A stretch of DNA of 62,881 nt, the filler included. It is 6 parts of 6 records of this genome, joined end to end, with 100 filler letters (N's around TTAATTAATTAA, not from the genome) between each part and the next. Parts side by side here need not be neighbours in the genome. Positions count along the whole stretch, not along the records: positions 28,574 to 37,222 come from DRR723986_9385; positions 37,323 to 50,427 come from DRR723986_9399; 4 more parts are not named here. One strand, given 5' to 3'. Numbering within the stretch: the first letter of the stretch is position 1; each line of letters begins with the position of its first letter. The notes under the pieces were generated by a model, which was given only the letters and a program-made list of their open reading frames with translations, searched no databases and was not told where the DNA came from. Below, piece by piece: positions 31,581 to 39,911 of this stretch. The position numbers and the translations under genes were made by a program.

Positions 31581-32900
31581 TCAGTCCTGGTAATGATTCA
31601 GTGAAAAGGAAGGTATGTCGGAAGTGTCGGACGTCAGATAACGGAAACTCGCCAGATTCTTGGCCCGCTCGGCCTTCATCTGTATCAATTCAACCTGGGT
31701 ATTAAGCTCTGCAATTCGCGCTCGTACCGCTTCGGCGAAGTCGCCGTCATCGTTGTTGTAAGCAGTCAATGCTGCGCTTGCCTGCGCCTCCATTTGCGGC
31801 AGCAGGGTCTGTTCATAGAGCTCTATGCGGTCATCCAGTCGTTCGATCCGGGCCACGGCCGCACGGGCTTTGGCCTGAAGTCCCCGGATCTGCAAAATAC
31901 GTTCTGTTTTTGCCACCTCCAGTCGCGCCACTGATGCATTCAGTTTTCGATCCTGCCGGTTGCCTGTAAAGATCGGGAGATCAAAGCCAATGCCTACAGA
32001 GAACAGGTCGGCCCTGTCCTGACCGTTTGGTGCCCGCTCCCTGTATCCATATTGTGCAGATACTGACCATTCCGGCTTGTAGGCCTGGCGAGCCAGGTCA
32101 ACGTCAACACTCTGGGCATCAATCAACTGATCAGTCGCGCGGATTGACGGATGACGGATCAGTGCCTCTGCGGATGTTTCAGCCCAGCCCAGAGGAAACA
32201 CTCTCAGCAACTCGTTGGGTACATCTTTACTGACAGCCAGCTTGGCCTGGTCCGGGCCTATCCACTCTGCCAGCGCTTCGCGGTTCGATGCCTGTTGCAA
32301 ATGCAGCACCGTCAGCCGGTCCTCAAGTCGCGTCAGTTCCAGCGAGGCACGGATTACATCCTGCTGCCTGGAACCTATGCTTGCTGAGGTATACCCGGCC
32401 TCGGCGACATCCTCTAACTGCTGAAACAGAGCACGATTATCTTCAATCAGTTCGATGCTTTGCTGGGTTCGCCAGACCTCAAGCCAGAGATGCGCTACCG
32501 ATTCCATGACCTGCGCCCGGCGGTTCTCGCGTCGAAAAGGCTGAACGCCTGCCATTTCCTCTTTTTTTGCGCTGGCCAACTGACGGCTATTACCTCGCGG
32601 AATTCGCTGGGTAAATCCAATGGTGGCCTGAGTCATTGGCTCCTGTCCGGTATCGAAAGTATCCGTGGGCAAATTCGCGGCACCAAGCGTCATCCGGGGG
32701 TCCGGGAGTGCCCCATCGGCAACAGCTTCTTCCAACAGAGCATCTTGCATCTGCACACTCTGACGCAGCCACGGATCGTTCTCGATGGCCGCATCAATCG
32801 CGCCGGTTAACTCAAGTCTGGTTGCCGTCCAAGCGGGCAAACTGGTCAAAACCAGAGCACCGAGAAAGGCCGGCTTTATAAGGTGAGGAAGAATGGACAA
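31581..32900 (-). CDS. TolC/CusC-family outer-membrane efflux channel
   Basis: ALPDPRMTLG, QEPMTQ and FDLPIFTGNRQDR; TTG start at 32900 after a GGAG RBS; upstream of cusB. Confidence 0.88.
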   Translation of the reverse strand: MSILPHLIKPAFLGALVLTSLPAWTATRLELTGAIDAAIENDPWLRQSVQMQDALLEEAVADGALPDPRMTLGAANLPTDTFDTGQEPMTQATIGFTQRIPRGNSRQLASAKKEEMAGVQPFRRENRRAQVMESVAHLWLEVWRTQQSIELIEDNRALFQQLEDVAEAGYTSASIGSRQQDVIRASLELTRLEDRLTVLHLQQASNREALAEWIGPDQAKLAVSKDVPNELLRVFPLGWAETSAEALIRHPSIRATDQLIDAQSVDVDLARQAYKPEWSVSAQYGYRERAPNGQDRADLFSVGIGFDLPIFTGNRQDRKLNASVARLEVAKTERILQIRGLQAKARAAVARIERLDDRIELYEQTLLPQMEAQASAALTAYNNDDGDFAEAVRARIAELNTQVELIQMKAERAKNLASFRYLTSDTSDIPSFSLNHYQD

Positions 32901-32950
32901 CGTTATATCTCCATTGAAATGTTTCTGACTCGCAATCTTATAGCGATTAT

Positions 32951-32966
32951 CTGAAACCAAACTGAA
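32951..32966. promoter_or_regulatory. Tandem direct-repeat motif CTGAA-N6-CTGAA (copy 1)
   Basis: CTGAAACCAAACTGAA, about 50 nt upstream of the TolC-family start. Confidence 0.55.
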
Positions 32967-33053
32967 TTTCAGAACGAAAATGCACAATTTGATTTATATC
33001 AAGATACTGTTATTCCTGAAAAAAATTACTTTATTTTAAATTTTCTTATTTCT

Positions 33054-33069
33054 TTCAGGATCAATTCAG
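33054..33069. promoter_or_regulatory. Tandem direct-repeat motif CTGAA-N6-CTGAA (copy 2, on minus strand)
   Basis: Plus strand TTCAGGATCAATTCAG, about 47 nt upstream of 33116. Confidence 0.5.
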
Positions 33070-33115
33070 AAACCGATGTTTTAATTAACTCACCAACCAA
33101 CTAGGAGGTGTAAGA

Positions 33116-33400
33116 ATGAAAAATTTACTTATATTTGCAGCAGCAGTTACTGTTTCAACGTCCGTACTCGCCGGCAACATGTCAGACAACAAGGAAATGA
33201 GGGCCATGCACAGCCAAATGATGGACAAATCATCCATTGAAGAAATACTTAAGAATGAAGAGATGCAGCGCTTGCACAGAGACATGACACGTAATGCGAT
33301 GTCCGAAGGGGGCTTTGAGGCTCGCGTGCAAATGATGACGGAAGAAGGCCGGGCTTATCACAACGCTCTGAAACAAAGGCAAAAAAATACCGCAGGGTAA
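33116..33400 (+). CDS. Small secreted Met/His-rich protein (putative Cu-binding)
   Basis: AGGAGG RBS, signal peptide ending VLA, EMRAMHSQMM, EMQRLHRDM and QMM. Confidence 0.75.
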   Translation: MKNLLIFAAAVTVSTSVLAGNMSDNKEMRAMHSQMMDKSSIEEILKNEEMQRLHRDMTRNAMSEGGFEARVQMMTEEGRAYHNALKQRQKNTAG

Positions 33401-33497
33401 TTCCTGCGGCAAAGTCAACTCGTGGAGACGCAAGCGTCGGCTGGCTCGGGCTTCGAGCAGTCGACGTCCTGATCACGCTCAAGTAAATCACAGAAAA

Positions 33498-33513
33498 CTG
33501 AAACTGAACTGAA
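33498..33513. promoter_or_regulatory. Tandem direct-repeat motif CTGAA-N6-CTGAA (copy 3)
   Basis: CTGAAACTGAACTGAA; with the following TTTC it matches copy 1 at 18 of 20 nt; upstream of 33550. Confidence 0.55.
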
Positions 33514-33549
33514 TTTCTTGAACGGTTTAAGGTAATTAAGGAGAGCATC

Positions 33550-33789
33550 ATGAAAAAAATCATTATCGCTGCGGCAGCCGCCACTTTATTTTCTACAATG
33601 GCCACTGCCAATTCAGGATTGGCCGATCGAATTAATGAAGCGCGCACTTACCCGAACAAAACAGCCGACGCAAAAACCAGAATGATGACCTGCATGAAAG
33701 AAATGCAATCTCAAAAATCAATGAACGGGTCCAATGTCAATAAGCAGCAAAAAATATCAGTCAGAAACACACACCACAATCATACTTAA
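33550..33789 (+). CDS. Small secreted Met/His-rich protein
   Basis: AAGGAG RBS, signal peptide ending ATA, RMMTCMKEMQ and C-terminal HHNHT. Confidence 0.7.
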   Translation: MKKIIIAAAAATLFSTMATANSGLADRINEARTYPNKTADAKTRMMTCMKEMQSQKSMNGSNVNKQQKISVRNTHHNHT

Positions 33790-33818
33790 ATAAATCCAGC
33801 GCGTTAGAGAATAACCAG

Positions 33819-33857
33819 TAGTCGACTGTCTCTTAGAACGACAGTCGACTATTTATT
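33819..33857 (+). terminator. Rho-independent terminator
   Basis: TAGTCGACTGTC-N9-GACAGTCGACTA (12-bp stem) followed by TTTATT. Confidence 0.7.
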
Positions 33858-34052
33858 AAATATTGAAAATACAGAAAGTAATTTACTTCACTTCCACGAT
33901 GCCTCTTCATTTGGCTCTCAGAGTCAACCACCCAAGAAACATCCATTTGACAATCAGGCCCGTTATCGGTGGCAAGAAAACCCATTGTGCAAGAGGAATT
34001 ACCCCTGTGCCTGTCCATGTGACTACCGGCATTAACTCGCTATAATTCCATC

Positions 34053-34256
34053 TTAAACCTGCCGAACCATCCAGGCCTCCAGGTCCGGTTCCCAGGTCCA
34101 GTATTCGGTTTCGATACGCATGGTGAAACGGCCGTGGTTGCTGTCCGACCACAGGGTGGCCTCCATCCCCTCAATCAATGATTCCGCCGAGGGCGCACCA
34201 CCCAGCGCACTGCCCGGAAAAACACTTAGAAAAGCCACCACCCATAAGCATTTCAT
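34053..34256 (-). pseudogene. Truncated 5' fragment of an outer-membrane lipoprotein-sorting (LolA-like) gene
   Basis: AAGGAGG RBS, signal peptide, then LWSDSNHGRFTMRIETEYW...LEAWM typical of that family's N-terminus, but it stops after 67 aa. Confidence 0.5.
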
Positions 34257-34298
34257 ACGCTGGCCTCCTTGAGTTAATCGTCTGATTACCCAGAGAAA

Positions 34299-34721
34299 TC
34301 AGAGCCCACTCCTTTCAGACCATGCCTCATAGATCCGCTTGTCCCATTTGCTCTGGAAATAGGCGATAGCGGCTTTTTGATCGTCCCTGGAGAGCTCGTC
34401 TGCGAAGGCCGGCATTTTCCCACCCATGGGGGCGCCACCTTGACTAATTGTACCCATCAGCGTGTCGAAGGAATGGTGCCAGGCATGACCTGTTCCGTTG
34501 AGCGGTGGCGGCGGGTAAGAGCCATCCTTCAGAGTCTTTTTCCAATTGAAAGCGCCTTGGGCATTGCCGCCATGGCAGCTTGCGCAGTTGTCGTCGAACA
34601 CCACTGCGCCGCGCTCGACCTCAGCCTGTGTGTACCAGCGATCATCCACCGTCTGTTTACCGCAGCCGCTGATTAGTGCGACTGCAAGAACGCCTACTGA
34701 GATAGTTGCCCGATGCATCAT
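34299..34721 (-). CDS. Cytochrome c lipoprotein (copper-resistance-associated type)
   Basis: Lipobox ISG-C, CASCHG haem motif, PPPLNGTGHAWHH and axial MPAF. Confidence 0.9.
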   Translation of the reverse strand: MMHRATISVGVLAVALISGCGKQTVDDRWYTQAEVERGAVVFDDNCASCHGGNAQGAFNWKKTLKDGSYPPPPLNGTGHAWHHSFDTLMGTISQGGAPMGGKMPAFADELSRDDQKAAIAYFQSKWDKRIYEAWSERSGL

Positions 34722-34810
34722 TCTTTTTCCTCGATTTCCTTGCGCCTCAAATTCCTCAATCGCGGAATAAAACGGGGAGTTCTGGCTGCATAGGCCATCG
34801 TGTATGACAT
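34718..34810 (-). pseudogene. 30-codon remnant ORF, probably an internally deleted isoprenylcysteine-methyltransferase-family gene
   Basis: GGAGG RBS; MSYTMAYAARTPRFIPRLRNLRRKEIEEKE*; ATGA overlap with the cytochrome c start. YAARTPRFIPR resembles the C-terminus of ICMT-family proteins. Confidence 0.45.
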
Positions 34811-34834
34811 AGCTACCTCCAATGATTCAGAAGT

Positions 34835-37195
34835 TCATTGCTTTGACCCCAGTTTCACCACCCTCAAACGCAGCGCATTCACGATCACGCTGACCGAGGA
34901 CAGCGACATGGCGGCCGCTGCAAAAATGGGCGACAGCAGTATCCCGAAAAACGGGTACAAAACCCCTGCCGCTATCGGAACACCGGCGGAGTTGTAAACG
35001 AAGGCGAAAAACAGGTTCTGACGGATATTGCGCATGGTCGCCAGAGACAAACGGCGCGCCTCGACAATGCCCATCAGGTCGCCGCGTAGCAGCGTAATGC
35101 CGGCGCTTTCGATGGCGACATCGGTCCCGGTGCCCATGGCCACACCGACATCCGCCGTTGCCAGTGCAGGCGCATCGTTTACGCCGTCACCCGCCATCAC
35201 GACAACATGGCCTTCGTCTTTCAGGCGCTGGACGATCTTGCCCTTATCTTCCGGCAGGACTTCCGCTTCCACTTCGTCGATATGCAGTTTTCGGGCAACT
35301 GCTTCAGCTGAAGTGCGGTTATCGCCGGTCAGCATGACCACCCGGATGCCGTCTTTTTGCAGCGCGGAAATAGCGGCTTCGGTGGTTTCCTTGATCGGAT
35401 CGGCAATCGCCAGCAACCCTGCGACGTTTCCGTCGACAGCAGCAAAAATCACGGTAGCACCATCTTTTCGGAGCTGGTCGGCGTCGCCGTCAAATCGCGT
35501 GGTGTCGACATTTTCCGACTCCATGAGAAGGCGGTTACCAAGTAGCACCCGCTTGCCGTCTATTCGACCGGTAACCCCTTTACCATTCGGAGAGTCAAAG
35601 TCTTCCGCATCCGGAAGCTTCAGGTCCATGCCCTTGGCTTTATCGAGTATGGCGTGAGCCAGTGGGTGCTCACTGCCTTTCTCCAGGCCGCCTGCATAAC
35701 GCATGAGACTACTGTCATCGAACCCGTTGGCCGCGACAAGCCGGGTGACTTGCGGCTTGCCCTCTGTCAGCGTGCCGGTTTTATCCACCACCACGGTGTC
35801 CACCTTCTCCATACGCTCCAAGGCTTCCGCATCGCGAATCAGAACGCCACTTTGAGCACCGCGTCCGACACCCACCATGATGGACATGGGCGTCGCCAAG
35901 CCAAGTGCGCAAGGGCAGGCAATGATCAGAACACTGACCGCTGCAATCAGCCCGAACGCCATAGGCGGCGTGGGCCCGAAGAATGACCAGGCTATAAAGG
36001 CGATAATGGCGATCACGATCACCGCAGGCACAAAATAACCCGCCACCTTGTCGGCCAGGCCCTGAATGGGCGCGCGGCTGCGCTGGGCGCTCGCCACCAT
36101 CTGCACAATCTGGGACAGCATGGTGTCACGGCCAACCTTGTCGGCCCGCATGATAAAGCTGCCCTGCTGGTTGATACTGCCGCCGATCACCTGGTCGCCG
36201 GATTTTTTGCTGACTGCCAAAGGCTCACCGGTCACCATGGATTCATCCACGTTGGAGCTGCCTTCAAGCACCTCGCCGTCCAACGGCACCTTGTCTCCCG
36301 GACGCACCCGCAAGCGGTCACCGACCTTGACCTGATCAAGCGACACATCGGATTCGCTGCCATCGTCGTCCAGTTTTCTGGCCGTCGCCGGTGCCAGATC
36401 CAGCAGGGCCTTGATGGCACCAGAGGTTTTCTCTCTGGCGCGCAATTCCAGCACCTGCCCCAGCAGCACCAGCACCACGATGACAGCAGCCGCCTCGAAG
36501 TAGACGGCGACCGACCCGTCTTCCTGCCGGAAGGCGCCTGGGAAGATCTGCGGCGCCAGGGTCGCCACCAGGCTGTAGATCAGCGCGACGCCGGTACCAA
36601 TGGCAATGAGCGTAAACATGTTCAAGTTACGGCTAACCACGGATTTCCAACCCCGGACGAAGAAGGGCCAACCGCACCAGAGCACCACAGGCGTTGCCAG
36701 CACCAGTTGAATCCAGTTGGACATCTGCGGGGCTATAATGTGATCGAGTCCGGTGAGGTGCCCACCCATCTCCAGTACCAGTACAGGCAGGGCCAGCACC
36801 AGGCCGATCCAGAATCGGCGGGTCATGTCTTTGAGTTCTTCCGAAGGCCCGTCGTCCAGGCTTACCTGCTCGGGCTCTAGGGCCATGCCGCAGATTGGGC
36901 AGTCCCCTGGCCCTTGCTGCCGAATCTCGGGGTGCATGGGACAGGTATACATAGTGCCCGGCGCTACCGGCTCTTGCTGTTTCTTTTCCCAATCGAGGTA
37001 CTGCTCAGGGTCCTCGTCGAATTTGGACTGGCAACGCGACGAGCAGAAGTACCAGGTTTTACCGCCATGCTGGCTGCGGTGTTCCGCGGTATGCGGATCG
37101 ACTGCCATGCCGCAAACCGGATCCTTGGCGGTGTGCCCGCCAGGTTCTTTATCGGCGTGGTGATCGTGGTCATGGGCGTGATGGTGCTCAGCCAT
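34835..37195 (-). CDS. copA: Cu(I)-translocating P1B-ATPase with His-rich N-terminus, YHS domain and heavy-metal-binding domain
   Basis: DPVCGM (YHS), [39 protein letters not shown] and MSLSS Cu(I) motifs. Confidence 0.95.
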   Translation of the reverse strand: MAEHHHAHDHDHHADKEPGGHTAKDPVCGMAVDPHTAEHRSQHGGKTWYFCSSRCQSKFDEDPEQYLDWEKKQQEPVAPGTMYTCPMHPEIRQQGPGDCPICGMALEPEQVSLDDGPSEELKDMTRRFWIGLVLALPVLVLEMGGHLTGLDHIIAPQMSNWIQLVLATPVVLWCGWPFFVRGWKSVVSRNLNMFTLIAIGTGVALIYSLVATLAPQIFPGAFRQEDGSVAVYFEAAAVIVVLVLLGQVLELRAREKTSGAIKALLDLAPATARKLDDDGSESDVSLDQVKVGDRLRVRPGDKVPLDGEVLEGSSNVDESMVTGEPLAVSKKSGDQVIGGSINQQGSFIMRADKVGRDTMLSQIVQMVASAQRSRAPIQGLADKVAGYFVPAVIVIAIIAFIAWSFFGPTPPMAFGLIAAVSVLIIACPCALGLATPMSIMVGVGRGAQSGVLIRDAEALERMEKVDTVVVDKTGTLTEGKPQVTRLVAANGFDDSSLMRYAGGLEKGSEHPLAHAILDKAKGMDLKLPDAEDFDSPNGKGVTGRIDGKRVLLGNRLLMESENVDTTRFDGDADQLRKDGATVIFAAVDGNVAGLLAIADPIKETTEAAISALQKDGIRVVMLTGDNRTSAEAVARKLHIDEVEAEVLPEDKGKIVQRLKDEGHVVVMAGDGVNDAPALATADVGVAMGTGTDVAIESAGITLLRGDLMGIVEARRLSLATMRNIRQNLFFAFVYNSAGVPIAAGVLYPFFGILLSPIFAAAAMSLSSVSVIVNALRLRVVKLGSKQ

Positions 37196-37222
37196 TCTGT
37201 TCTCCTGTTTTATCGGCGGGCC

Positions 37223-37322
37223 NNNNNNNNNNNNNNNNNNNNNNNNNNNNNNNNNNNNNNNNNNNNTTAATTAATTAANNNNNNNNNNNNNNNNNNNNNN
37301 NNNNNNNNNNNNNNNNNNNNNN
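37223..37322. other. Artificial contig linker
   Basis: N44-TTAATTAATTAA-N44. Confidence 0.99.
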
Positions 37323-37476
37323 CGCCATCATGATGCTCGGCAATCGCCTGATTTAATGCGCCATCTTCAAACCATAGCCCGTGGCACAGGCGGCAGTCGA
37401 ATATGGAGGGATGGCTGGAGGAGTCCAGGCTTGCGGTATTGCAGGCCGGGCACTGTCGATAGCGGTTTCTGGGCAT
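37323..37476 (-). CDS. Protein with N-terminal zf-TFIIB-like zinc ribbon (truncated by contig end)
   Basis: CPACN...FDCRLCHGLWFEDGAL matches the CPxC...DxCxxCxGxWfDxGEL pattern. Confidence 0.8.
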
Positions 37477-37519
37477 GACGTCCTTTTCCTGGTATAGCGG
37501 TTTCTGAAGCGCCTGGCGA

Positions 37520-37852
37520 TTACTGATCCGAGGCAGTCAGATACTGCCTGGCAAATCCCTGCAACTCCTCCGCCACGCGCTGGCGAATAGCGGCACGATC
37601 CTGCGGATCCAGTTCGTACTTGCTTGCCAGCAGTTCGAAGTCCTCGTCTTTGAGGGTTACCGTCAGCCGCGGGCGGGCACGGCCTTTACGGTAGGGCAGG
37701 TGGAGCACCTTGCGCACCATGTCGGCGGTCGTCATATCCTGCATGGCCGCCGACACGCGAAACGCGCGCTGGATATCGTTGGACAGGTCGAAGGCCATCT
37801 GTACCGCCTGAACGGCCTGTTCTTCTCGGGACCAGTCCTGTTTCTTCGCCAT
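37520..37852 (-). CDS. Hypothetical protein, putative tandem ribbon-helix-helix DNA-binding protein
   Basis: VQMAFDL-SNDIQRAFRVSAA-MTTADMVRKVL and RLTVTL-KDEDFELLASKY each show a strand-helix(-helix) pattern. Confidence 0.6.
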   Translation of the reverse strand: MAKKQDWSREEQAVQAVQMAFDLSNDIQRAFRVSAAMQDMTTADMVRKVLHLPYRKGRARPRLTVTLKDEDFELLASKYELDPQDRAAIRQRVAEELQGFARQYLTASDQ

Positions 37853-37888
37853 GGGGTTGCCTGTGAGAGCGCCTTCGAGGTGCTTGAG

Positions 37889-37914
37889 TGAGCGCCCCGA
37901 TTTCGGGGCGCTCA
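37889..37914. other. GC-rich intergenic hairpin directly after the pspA stop
   Basis: TGAGCGCCCCGA-TT-TCGGGGCGCTCA (12-bp stem); no U-tract on the coding strand. Confidence 0.65.
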
Positions 37915-37918
37915 GGGT

Positions 37919-38617
37919 TTACGGGTTTGCGTTGCCGCCCTTGAGGCGTGCCAACACATCGTTGACGGCATCCTGTTCGCCATCAATGCCGGCGGCTTTC
38001 AGTTTTTCGTCCAGATCTGCGCCGGTCAGCTCTTTTTCCAGGGTGGCGCTGGCGGTCTGGCGGTCTTCTTCCCGGGCCTGGCGCTCGCGAATCCGTTCCA
38101 ATGTCTCTTTCGCGGTGCTCAGGGAGGACTGCTGGCTGTTGATGTTGGTGTCAATCTGCGCGGTGGTGCGTAGCACCCGCTCGTTGGTCTTCACCACTTG
38201 CAGTTCCCGGCGGTAGTCGGCCAGCTGTTTCTCGGCTTTCTGAACTCGCTCTTTCAAGCCCACAATGCGCTGTTGCAGCAGTTCCCGGGTTTGGGTCAGC
38301 TCCGAGGCGCGGCGCTCATGGCCAACAATTCGCTCGGCCACTTCTCGGGCCAGATCTTCCTGGCCAGCCGCGATGGCTTTGCGGGCATCGTCTTCACGCT
38401 TGGCGGCGCTGTCCTGCTCGGTACGGATCTGTCGGGCCAGGGAGGCCGCTTCGGCCATCAGTGACGCCAGCTCCTGCTTGGCCTGTTTCAGCTCATGCTC
38501 GGAATCGCGCAGTTCCTGTTCCAGAATCCGGTTGCCCTGGCCGTCGACAACGGCTTCACCCAGTTCGTTCACACCCCCGCGCATGGCGGTCAGGATTTTT
38601 TTAAGTACGGTTCTCAT
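37919..38617 (-). CDS. PspA/IM30-family protein (YjfJ-like; ESCRT-III superfamily)
   Basis: Amphipathic N-terminus MRTVLKKILTAMRGG, ILEQELRD, ARKAIAAGQEDLAREVA, long coiled coil, and LDEKLKAAGI...VLARLK tail. Confidence 0.92.
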   Translation of the reverse strand: MRTVLKKILTAMRGGVNELGEAVVDGQGNRILEQELRDSEHELKQAKQELASLMAEAASLARQIRTEQDSAAKREDDARKAIAAGQEDLAREVAERIVGHERRASELTQTRELLQQRIVGLKERVQKAEKQLADYRRELQVVKTNERVLRTTAQIDTNINSQQSSLSTAKETLERIRERQAREEDRQTASATLEKELTGADLDEKLKAAGIDGEQDAVNDVLARLKGGNANP

Positions 38618-38631
38618 GTCTCAGCCCTCAC

Positions 38632-39036
38632 TCAAGCCAGGTAGTCTTCAAAAGTCTGTAACAGGTCGATGGCATTCTCGGCGAGGGTTACCAGTTCCTG
38701 CATGATCTCGCTGGTGCCGGACGTGGGGCTCAGTGCGCCATAGACCACATAGTGCTGGCCGGTTTTGCCAAGAGAGCTTAAGGGCATGGGAACACTGATG
38801 CGCAACATGTTTTCATGCAGCTCGTTCAGGCGTTCCGGGGCCAGTTCCTGTTCGTCGAAAAGGTACGCAAGGCACAGAATCTGGGTGTCGGTTACGGTAA
38901 TATACACCGGTGTTTCTTCGGCGCCGGACACGATCACCTGCAGCACCGGTTCTTCGCCGGCAATGGGCATGACATCGAAGGTTCGGCCAGCATGGGTGGC
39001 GTCACCCAGGGCCAGGGTGAGAGATTGGGTATCCAC
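38632..39036 (-). CDS. YjfI-family (DUF2170) protein
   Basis: ITVTDTQILCLAYLF, MPLSSLGK...YVVYGALS; AAGGAG RBS; immediately upstream of the PspA/YjfJ-type gene, as in yjfIJ. Confidence 0.82.
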   Translation of the reverse strand: MDTQSLTLALGDATHAGRTFDVMPIAGEEPVLQVIVSGAEETPVYITVTDTQILCLAYLFDEQELAPERLNELHENMLRISVPMPLSSLGKTGQHYVVYGALSPTSGTSEIMQELVTLAENAIDLLQTFEDYLA

Positions 39037-39099
39037 GAATAGCTCCTTCCTGTGGCGTTGAATCGGTTCGGCCGATCCGGACGAACCTTGTCCTGTCGC

Positions 39100-39180
39100 T
39101 TGACATTTTATGTCAATAATCCGAGTCTATACCTCGCAATTAAACATTTGCAAGAAATAGTTTGTTTACGTTATAAACAA
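39100..39180. promoter_or_regulatory. Divergent promoter region with two palindromes and a candidate sigma70 promoter
   Basis: TTGACAT-TTT-ATGTCAA (39100-39116); TTGTTTA-CGTTA-TAAACAA (39162-39180); TTGCAA (39148)-N18-TATAAA (39172) on the plus strand. Confidence 0.6.
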
Positions 39181-39241
39181 CTCGTCAGTCTGACACGGAC
39201 TGTCGCCCAGTGGATTTACCAGAACGGATGTCTGGTCACGT

Positions 39242-39868
39242 ATGGATACATTCTTTGCAATTGCCTTCTCCTTCCCCACGGTCATTTTTTCCGTATTGCT
39301 GTGCGTGGCCATCGTTTACTGGCTGATTTCCCTTGTGGGTCTGGGCGATATCGAAGCCGATGGCGATATTGATGCCTCCGGCGACTTCTCCGGCCTGATG
39401 GTAACCCTGGGGCTCCAGGGTGTCCCGCTGCCACTCGTGCTTACTCTGTTGTTCCTGATTGCCTGGTTGGCGAGCTATTTTGCGGAGCTGTTGCTCGGTG
39501 CACTGGTGCCTGATGGTTTCCTGCATGCACTGTTCGGGCTGGCGATCATCGCCGGAGCTCTGGTGATGAGTGTTCTGGTGACCGCGGTTGTTATCCGCCC
39601 ACTGCGGCCACTGTTCCGGCGGGCGTATTTACCCCCGCTTCAGAAACGTATTATCGGTACCGCTTGCGTGATTACCTCAGCAACGGTGACGGAAACCAAA
39701 GGCCGGGCAGAAGCGATTCTGGACGGTGCCCATCTGGTGCTGCAGGTCCGCAGCCATACGCCTTTGGCGCATCGCGAGCGCGCGGTGCTGATCGAACATA
39801 TTCCGGACAAGAACGCCTGGTGGGTGGTTCCGGAAGCTGAATTCCATGCCGGCGAATCGGCCGGTTAA
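39242..39868 (+). CDS. YqiJ/DUF1449-like (NfeD-related) membrane protein
   Basis: FPTVIFSVLL, acidic DIEADGDID loop, LGLQGVPLPLVLT, several TM helices and a C-terminal OB-fold-like domain; directly upstream of flotillin. Confidence 0.8.
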   Translation: MDTFFAIAFSFPTVIFSVLLCVAIVYWLISLVGLGDIEADGDIDASGDFSGLMVTLGLQGVPLPLVLTLLFLIAWLASYFAELLLGALVPDGFLHALFGLAIIAGALVMSVLVTAVVIRPLRPLFRRAYLPPLQKRIIGTACVITSATVTETKGRAEAILDGAHLVLQVRSHTPLAHRERAVLIEHIPDKNAWWVVPEAEFHAGESAG

Positions 39869-39911
39869 TCCCCGCACCTACTCCCTTCAATCAGCGCAGG
39901 AGAATGACTAA

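Noticed and set aside
39037-39241. Sigma54/PspF-type promoter for the pspA-like gene
   Set aside because: No convincing TGGCAC-N5-TTGC element was found by eye on either strand, and there is no pspF in the contig.
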